A stretch of DNA of 32,000 nucleotides from Clostridia bacterium. GTDB lineage: Bacteria; Bacillota; Clostridia; TANB77; CAG-465. Shown here one piece after another: positions 27,045 to 32,000 of the stretch. The stretch covers positions 1 through 32,000 of the forward strand of contig JAVXNL010000003.1 of NCBI GenBank assembly GCA_036645795.1. The letters run 5' to 3'. The first letter of the stretch is position 1. Each line of letters opens with the position of its first letter. Below the pieces are notes generated by a model that had not been told where the DNA came from, did not search any database, and saw nothing but the letters and a program-made list of their open reading frames with translations. The position numbers were made by a program, and so were the translations under genes.

Positions 27045-27081
27045 AATAACTTCACCTCTATATAAATATATATTTTAATAG

Positions 27082-27110
27082 TTGTATTTTTATGATTGTT
27101 GTAGTATAAT
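27082..27110 (+). promoter_or_regulatory. sigma-A type promoter for the membrane-anchored protein gene
   Basis: TTGTAT (27082-27087), 17-nt spacer, TATAAT (27105-27110). The track's TTG start at 27082 is this -35 box. Confidence 0.55.
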
Positions 27111-27135
27111 GTTTGTATATAGTTTGGAGGAGTTT

Positions 27136-27864
27136 ATGAAAAAGACAAAAAATATAATTATAATTATAATAATTGCCATGTCAATTGCTTTAATTGTAGG
27201 CATAAGCATAAAACTATTAGATACAACAGGTACAATAAATCAAGGGAATTTTAGAATAAATGATGCTGTTATAACATCTAGTGTAGATGTTATTGAAGCG
27301 GATGAACAAGAAAAAACTACTCAACAAGAATCAAATGCAGAAAATAAAAGTCAAGGTCTTTCAGCATTAACTCTAAATTTATCGCAAAATAATAAAATTG
27401 CACTTCTTGTTACAAAAGATATGGAAGCAGAACAGATATATATTGATAATATTTCTTTTAGAGCACCTGAAAAGAAAGGCATATTTACAATTGAACAAAA
27501 AGGAAAAGAAGAAAAAATATCTTTAGATGAAGAAATTCAGCCGATTAAAATAAATAAAGAAATAATTGAAGATCAATATTATATAGAATTACTAATAAAA
27601 AACCAAGATTTTTTAAAAAACGCAAAAATACCTGAAAGCAATAAGAGTGTAACATATGATGGTACTGTACTAAAAATATTAGATATAAAATTAGCACAAA
27701 TACAATTTTTTATTAAATTTGATTTAAATATAATTGACAAAACAGGAAAGAAAAATGTATGTAAGTTTGATTTAGAACTGCCAGATGCTGAACTTTTAGA
27801 TAGTGGGATTAGCATTAATAGGGAAAATGCGCCAGCATATGTATTTAGGGTAAAAGCTAATTAA
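27136..27864 (+). CDS. bitopic membrane protein (N-terminal anchor, extracytoplasmic domain), hypothetical
   Basis: GGAGGA RBS before the ATG at 27136. MKKTKNIIIIIIIAMSIALIVGISI anchor followed by about 210 aa of mixed charged and beta-looking sequence. No motif recognised. Confidence 0.6.
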   Translation: MKKTKNIIIIIIIAMSIALIVGISIKLLDTTGTINQGNFRINDAVITSSVDVIEADEQEKTTQQESNAENKSQGLSALTLNLSQNNKIALLVTKDMEAEQIYIDNISFRAPEKKGIFTIEQKGKEEKISLDEEIQPIKINKEIIEDQYYIELLIKNQDFLKNAKIPESNKSVTYDGTVLKILDIKLAQIQFFIKFDLNIIDKTGKKNVCKFDLELPDAELLDSGISINRENAPAYVFRVKAN

Positions 27865-27935
27865 AATATAAACAGATACTAAATATTAAACAGTAACGCA
27901 TAAGATAGCAAGTTTTTAAATTTAAGTTATATTGC

Positions 27936-27964
27936 TTGATTTTTATAGTGTAATAGTGTATAAT
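27936..27964 (+). promoter_or_regulatory. sigma-A type promoter for the SRP RNA
   Basis: TTGATT (27936-27941), 17-nt spacer, TATAAT (27959-27964). The predicted start coincides with the base of the SRP hairpin. Confidence 0.55.
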
Positions 27965-27970
27965 ATTAAT

Positions 27971-28052
27971 ACCACCAAACGATAGAGTACTGTAAATCTT
28001 GTCAGGTCCGGAAGGAAGCAGCAATACGCATCATACTCTATGTGTTTGGTGA
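27971..28052 (+). ncRNA. ffs: signal recognition particle RNA, small (4.5S-like) form
   Basis: Conserved domain IV core GTCAGGTCCGGAAGGAAGCAGC (28001-28022). Flanking helices caccaaac/gtttggtg and atagagta/tactctat close an approximately 82-nt hairpin, followed by TTTTTTT. Located immediately upstream of dnaX, as in other Firmicutes. Confidence 0.9.
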
Positions 28053-28071
28053 ATTTTTTTGAGGTGATAGA

Positions 28072-29619
28072 ATGTCATATATAGCGTTATATAGAAAGTA
28101 TAGACCAACAACATTTAATGAAATTGTTGGTCAGGAAAATGTAACTAAGATTTTAAAAAATCAAGTAAGCAGTGGTAAAATATCACATGCATATATTTTT
28201 AGTGGAACAAGAGGCACTGGCAAAACTAGTGCTGCTAAAATATTTGCAAGAGCCATAAATTGTTTAAATCCCCAAAATGGAGAACCATGTAATGAATGTG
28301 AAGTTTGTAAAAGCATTTTAGATTCAAGTATTACAGATGTAGTTGAAATGGATGCAGCATCAAATAACAGTGTGGAAAATATTAGGCAAATAAGGCAAGA
28401 AGTTATTTATGCCACAATTGATGTGAAATATAGAGTATATATAATAGATGAGGTTCATATGCTTACAACAAGTGCTTTTAATGCATTACTTAAAACTCTT
28501 GAAGAACCTCCAGAAAATGTCGTTTTTATACTTGCAACAACAGAACAACATAAAATACCTGTGACGATACTTTCAAGATGTTTAAGATTTGAATTTAATA
28601 AATTATCTGAAGAAGATATATCTAAAAGGTTGGAATATGTTTTGATAGAAGAGTCTGTTAAATATGAAATTGAAGCACTAAGCTACATTGCAAAGCTTGC
28701 AGATGGAGCCTTAAGAGATGCCTTAAGTATTTTAGACAGATGTATAACGGAAACAAAAGAGGTTTTAAAGTATGAAGATGTTGTAAGAATTGTTGGAGCT
28801 ATTGATAAAGAGACTATAAATAAAATTATAAAAAGTATTTTAGCTTATGAATGTGTAGGTTCGCTTGAATTGATAGATGGTATAATTGATAAAGGCAAAG
28901 ATTTAAGACAATTTGTATCTCAAATAGTAGAAGTTTTTCTTGACATATTAGTTGGAGAAAATCTTGAAAATGTAGATAAGAAAAGATTAATATATATTAT
29001 AGATAGATTATCAAGACTTGACAATGAACTAAAACAAACATCTAAACCAGCTATTGTTTTAAAAGCATGTATTGTAGAATTATGCAGTATTAACGATAGT
29101 GTTAAGGTATCGGGTACAAATACTAGTGATATAATAAAAGTACTATCTAATAAAATAGAAGAGTTAGAAAAAAAAGTGGATGACTTAAAAACCACAAAAG
29201 AATTAAATATTAAAAACAGCATAAATAGTACAAAAACAAAAAGTAGTATAAACAAAAACACAGTGGATAATGTGGATAACACAAGAGAGTACATAGAGCA
29301 AAATATGATACCTTTTGAAGATATAGAAAATTTTAAAAAACATATAATTGAAAAGGGTAAGTTAAAAATATATTCGGCACTTGCTGGAGCAAAAGTTTAT
29401 ACAACAAACGATTCTATTGTTATAATTACAACAAATAGTTTTGCTTATAATATATTAAAAGCAGAAGATAGTAATAGTGTTATATCAGAGTCTTTTAAAG
29501 AAAAATATAATATATCTAAATATATAAGAGTAGAATTAAATGAAAAGCATGAAGATATGACAGGTAAAGTAGAGAAACTTTTTCAAGAAAAAAACGTGAA
29601 ATATACGCCAATGGATTGA
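28072..29619 (+). CDS. dnaX: DNA polymerase III subunit gamma/tau
   Basis: GAGGTGA RBS; ALYRKYRPTTFNEIVGQE; Walker A GTRGTGKTS; zinc module CNECEVCKS; Walker B IIDEVHMLT; LEEPP; SRC sensor. Confidence 0.95.
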   Translation: MSYIALYRKYRPTTFNEIVGQENVTKILKNQVSSGKISHAYIFSGTRGTGKTSAAKIFARAINCLNPQNGEPCNECEVCKSILDSSITDVVEMDAASNNSVENIRQIRQEVIYATIDVKYRVYIIDEVHMLTTSAFNALLKTLEEPPENVVFILATTEQHKIPVTILSRCLRFEFNKLSEEDISKRLEYVLIEESVKYEIEALSYIAKLADGALRDALSILDRCITETKEVLKYEDVVRIVGAIDKETINKIIKSILAYECVGSLELIDGIIDKGKDLRQFVSQIVEVFLDILVGENLENVDKKRLIYIIDRLSRLDNELKQTSKPAIVLKACIVELCSINDSVKVSGTNTSDIIKVLSNKIEELEKKVDDLKTTKELNIKNSINSTKTKSSINKNTVDNVDNTREYIEQNMIPFEDIENFKKHIIEKGKLKIYSALAGAKVYTTNDSIVIITTNSFAYNILKAEDSNSVISESFKEKYNISKYIRVELNEKHEDMTGKVEKLFQEKNVKYTPMD

Positions 29620-29677
29620 AATAATGAATAAATTATAGTATACTAATATCGTTAAAATAAGGAAGGATGAGATTAAT

Positions 29678-30013
29678 ATGGGTAAATTTGGAGGCTTCCC
29701 TGGTGGAGGCGGAATGGGCAATATGCAAAATATATTAAAGCAGGCTCAAAAAATGCAAGCACAAATGCAAACAAAACAAGAAGAGATAGCAAAAAAAGAT
29801 ATTGAAACTTCAGCTGGAGGCGGAGCGGTTACCGTAAGAGCAACAGGAAATAAAGTTATAAAAGAGATAATAATAAAACCAGAAGTAGTAGATCCAGAAG
29901 ATATAGAAATGCTGCAAGATTTAGTACTTAGTGCTGTAAATGATGCTTTAAGCAAAGCTGATTGTATGATGAACTCAGAACTTGGCGATTTAAATGTGCC
30001 TGGATTGTTTTAG
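29678..30013 (+). CDS. ybaB: YbaB/EbfC family nucleoid-associated protein
   Basis: 111 aa. Gly-rich N-terminus, then [16 protein letters not shown]...[47 protein letters not shown]. Conserved dnaX-ybaB-recR context. Confidence 0.92.
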   Translation: MGKFGGFPGGGGMGNMQNILKQAQKMQAQMQTKQEEIAKKDIETSAGGGAVTVRATGNKVIKEIIIKPEVVDPEDIEMLQDLVLSAVNDALSKADCMMNSELGDLNVPGLF

Positions 30014-30021
30014 GTGGATAT

Positions 30022-30615
30022 ATGTATTCAGAAACAGTATTAAAATTAATAAATCAATTTGAAAAATTACCAGGAATTGGGCATAAAACAGCAGTGAGGT
30101 TAGCGTTTTACATATTAGAATCTCCAATGGAGACAGCAGAAGAAATGTCAAAGATATTAGTTGAAGCTAAAAGTAAAGTTAGATTTTGTTCAAGATGTTA
30201 TAATTTAACAGAAAGCACACTTTGTGATATATGTAAAAATTCTAAAAGAGATGAATCAACTATTTGTGTTGTTGAAAATGTAAAAGATGTAATAGCAATG
30301 GAAAAGACACACGAGTATAAAGGCCACTACCATGTATTGCATGGTTCAATATCGCCAATGAATAATATAACTGCAGGAGATATAAAGCTAAAAGAATTAC
30401 TTTCAAGGCTTAGTGATGATACTGTAAAAGAAGTAATACTTGCAACTAATCCTACAGTGGAAGGTGAGGCTACGGCAATGTATATCTCGAGAATTATAAA
30501 GCCTCTTGGGATAGAAGTTACAAGGATTGCACACGGAATTCCAGTTGGGGGCGATTTAGAGTATACTGATGAAATAACATTAATTAAAGCCTTGGAGGGC
30601 AGAAGAACAATTTAA
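30022..30615 (+). CDS. recR: recombination protein RecR
   Basis: AGGTGGA RBS before the ATG at 30022 (the track start at 29962 overlaps ybaB). [14 protein letters not shown] helix-hairpin-helix, C4 zinc finger [16 protein letters not shown], and Toprim region VVENVKDV...[11 protein letters not shown]. Confidence 0.95.
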   Translation: MYSETVLKLINQFEKLPGIGHKTAVRLAFYILESPMETAEEMSKILVEAKSKVRFCSRCYNLTESTLCDICKNSKRDESTICVVENVKDVIAMEKTHEYKGHYHVLHGSISPMNNITAGDIKLKELLSRLSDDTVKEVILATNPTVEGEATAMYISRIIKPLGIEVTRIAHGIPVGGDLEYTDEITLIKALEGRRTI

Positions 30616-30661
30616 TTGAAATTACAAAATAAAAAATGGGTTGGAGATAAAAAACAAATAT

Positions 30662-30690
30662 AAAGATGAAGCTAAAAGCTTCATCTTTTG
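30662..30690 (+). terminator. Rho-independent terminator after recR
   Basis: aaagatgaagc / gcttcatcttt 11-bp stem with a short loop, ending in TTTT. Confidence 0.65.
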
Positions 30691-30887
30691 ACTATATCCT
30701 TATTCATAAATGAAACCAAGGAATTTAATATTAAAACATTAAATTATATAGTCTAAAAATATCATATGCTAAAAAGCATATAACATACCCAGTATTTTTG
30801 AAATAAAAATCAATAATTAATTGGGCTTAATAATAGTATGTGAAAATATTTAGAAAGTATTCATTTTTATTAAAAATTCAAAAACAT

Positions 30888-30921
30888 AATAAAAAATAGG
30901 TGGAATTCTCATCCACCTATT
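30888..30921 (-). terminator. Rho-independent terminator after dut
   Basis: aataggtgga / tccacctatt 10-bp stem, 7-nt loop. On the minus strand it is followed by TTTTTTATTAT. A second, weaker hairpin lies just upstream on that strand (plus-strand coordinates 30933-30960). Confidence 0.7.
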
Positions 30922-31062
30922 CTACATTTGAATTTTGTTACAAATAAAAAAGTAACAAAAAGTAGTATATAAAAACTATGATCATAGCTAGTAATAGTAT
31001 ATCCCAATAAAGAATTAATATACTAAAATTTAATTTTTTGTTTTTTTAAAATAGTAGTAATT

Positions 31063-31581
31063 TTAATTACCAGTGCTTCCAATTCCACCTTGCCTTTTAA
31101 CATCAGTATTACCAGAATCTGCAATTAAAAATTTTTGAAAAAAAGCCTGCCCAATTTTTTCACCTTTTTTTATTACGATATCTTCTGGGAAAAAATTATA
31201 GAATTGAAATATTATATTTCCATCGTTAGAAGGATTATTGTAGTAATCACATTCAAATATTCCAATATCATTGGCCATTATTAATCCTTTTTTTGAAGGG
31301 CCAGAACTTCTGTTGGCAATAGTCATAACTTCGTCTTCTCCAAAATAGGCTTTTATTCCAGTATAAATTTTTGTTGGTGTTATTTCAATTAATTCTTGTT
31401 TGTTATCGCGTCTTTTGTTGTTTTGGTAAGCTATATTCCAAACTGATGGTATGCTAATATCTTCAGGAGCATGAAAATCATAGCATACAGAATGTTTTGT
31501 GGATCTATAAGGTAAAATTAAACCCTTATCTTCATATCCTTTACATACTTCAAATCCTCTTATCTTTTTTTTAGTATTCAT
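31063..31581 (-). CDS. dut: dUTP diphosphatase (dUTPase superfamily)
   Basis: 172-aa ORF with AGGATGAG-like RBS. Motifs ANRSSGPSKKGL, GIFECDYYN (G-x-I-D-x-x-Y-like), GEKIGQAFF and C-terminal RQGGIGSTG (motif V). Confidence 0.75.
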   Translation of the reverse strand: MNTKKKIRGFEVCKGYEDKGLILPYRSTKHSVCYDFHAPEDISIPSVWNIAYQNNKRRDNKQELIEITPTKIYTGIKAYFGEDEVMTIANRSSGPSKKGLIMANDIGIFECDYYNNPSNDGNIIFQFYNFFPEDIVIKKGEKIGQAFFQKFLIADSGNTDVKRQGGIGSTGN

Positions 31582-31652
31582 TAATTACTCATCCTTTCAA
31601 ATAGTTAAAATTAGAAAATTCGTATAGATTTTTCTATACGAATTATATCATA

Positions 31653-32000
31653 TTAGTTTATATTTTGCAAATGTTTAATGCGCTCTTCAATAGGTGGATG
31701 AGTAGAAAACAAATTTCTTTTCTTCTCGTTTTTAAACGGATTTGTTATATACATATGAGCGGTTGCCTTATTTGCGGCCTCTAAAGGTTTGTCGTTTTTA
31801 GATAGCTTTTCTAGTGCAGATATAAGTCCTTCAGGATTACGAGTTATTTCTACTGATGAAGAATCAGCAAGGAATTCTCTTTTTCTTGAAATTGCAAGCT
31901 GCATGAGTGTTGCAAATAATGGCGATAGTAATAAAAATACAATACCAATTAATTGAAGTATAATTCCAGAATTTCCATTATCATCAGAATCTCTTCTAAA
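31653..32000 (-). CDS. htpX: HtpX-like M48 zinc metalloprotease, C-terminal part (gene continues beyond the window)
   Basis: The reading frame stays open from 31904 to the window edge (hand-translated ...GIILQLIGIVFLLLSPLFATLMQLAISRKREFLAD...). SRKREFLAD and C-terminal STHPPIEERIKHL are typical HtpX motifs. The HExxH region would lie outside the window. Confidence 0.75.
   Translation of the reverse strand, partial: FRRDSDDNGNSGIILQLIGIVFLLLSPLFATLMQLAISRKREFLADSSSVEITRNPEGLISALEKLSKNDKPLEAANKATAHMYITNPFKNEKKRNLFSTHPPIEERIKHLQNIN

Noticed and set aside
10085-27864. Calling the two T4SS-related loci a complete conjugative element or ICE
   Set aside because: No VirB4, relaxase, oriT-like repeat, integrase/recombinase, cell-wall hydrolase or flanking tRNA/direct repeat could be recognised. 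The loci are separated by clearly housekeeping genes (gyrA, rnpB).
1-32000. CRISPR arrays, tRNA/rRNA genes, IS elements/transposases and riboswitch-length leaders
   Set aside because: I saw no regularly spaced direct repeats, no tRNA T-loop/acceptor patterns, no transposase- or integrase-like ORFs, and no long structured 5' leaders. Apart from the mutL and hydrolase cases noted above, intergenic regions are short and are explained by promoters and terminators.

Overview
Very AT-rich chromosomal window with about 26 of 30 genes on the + strand. The gene content looks Firmicutes/Clostridia-like: a DnaD/DnaI-type loader pair, extended -10 promoters and a type-A-looking RNase P RNA. The backbone is housekeeping and resembles an origin-proximal region: UgtP-like glycosyltransferase, mutS, mutL, miaA, DnaD-domain protein plus DnaI/DnaC-like loader, a J-domain protein, gyrA, an alpha/beta hydrolase, rnpB, a CofE-like protein, a frameshifted VanW gene, a small SRP RNA followed by dnaX-ybaB-recR, dut and a partial htpX. 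Two accessory-looking loci carrying type IV secretion (T4SS) components sit inside this backbone. Locus 1 (10085-13581) is a compact operon: a divergent VirD4/TraG-like coupling ATPase, a VirB2/TrbC-like small protein, a VirB6-like polytopic membrane protein and a PrgI/TcpE (VirB3)-like protein. Locus 2 (23881-27864) holds a canonical VirD4/TraG coupling protein with three to four unrecognisable small proteins. I recognised no VirB4 ATPase, relaxase, cell-wall hydrolase, integrase, transposase, tRNA or CRISPR array in the window. The T4SS pieces are therefore either expressed remnants of a decayed conjugative element or an unusual VirB4-less apparatus; this is the best candidate for something undescribed. 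All product calls come from motif recognition by eye, with no searches run.
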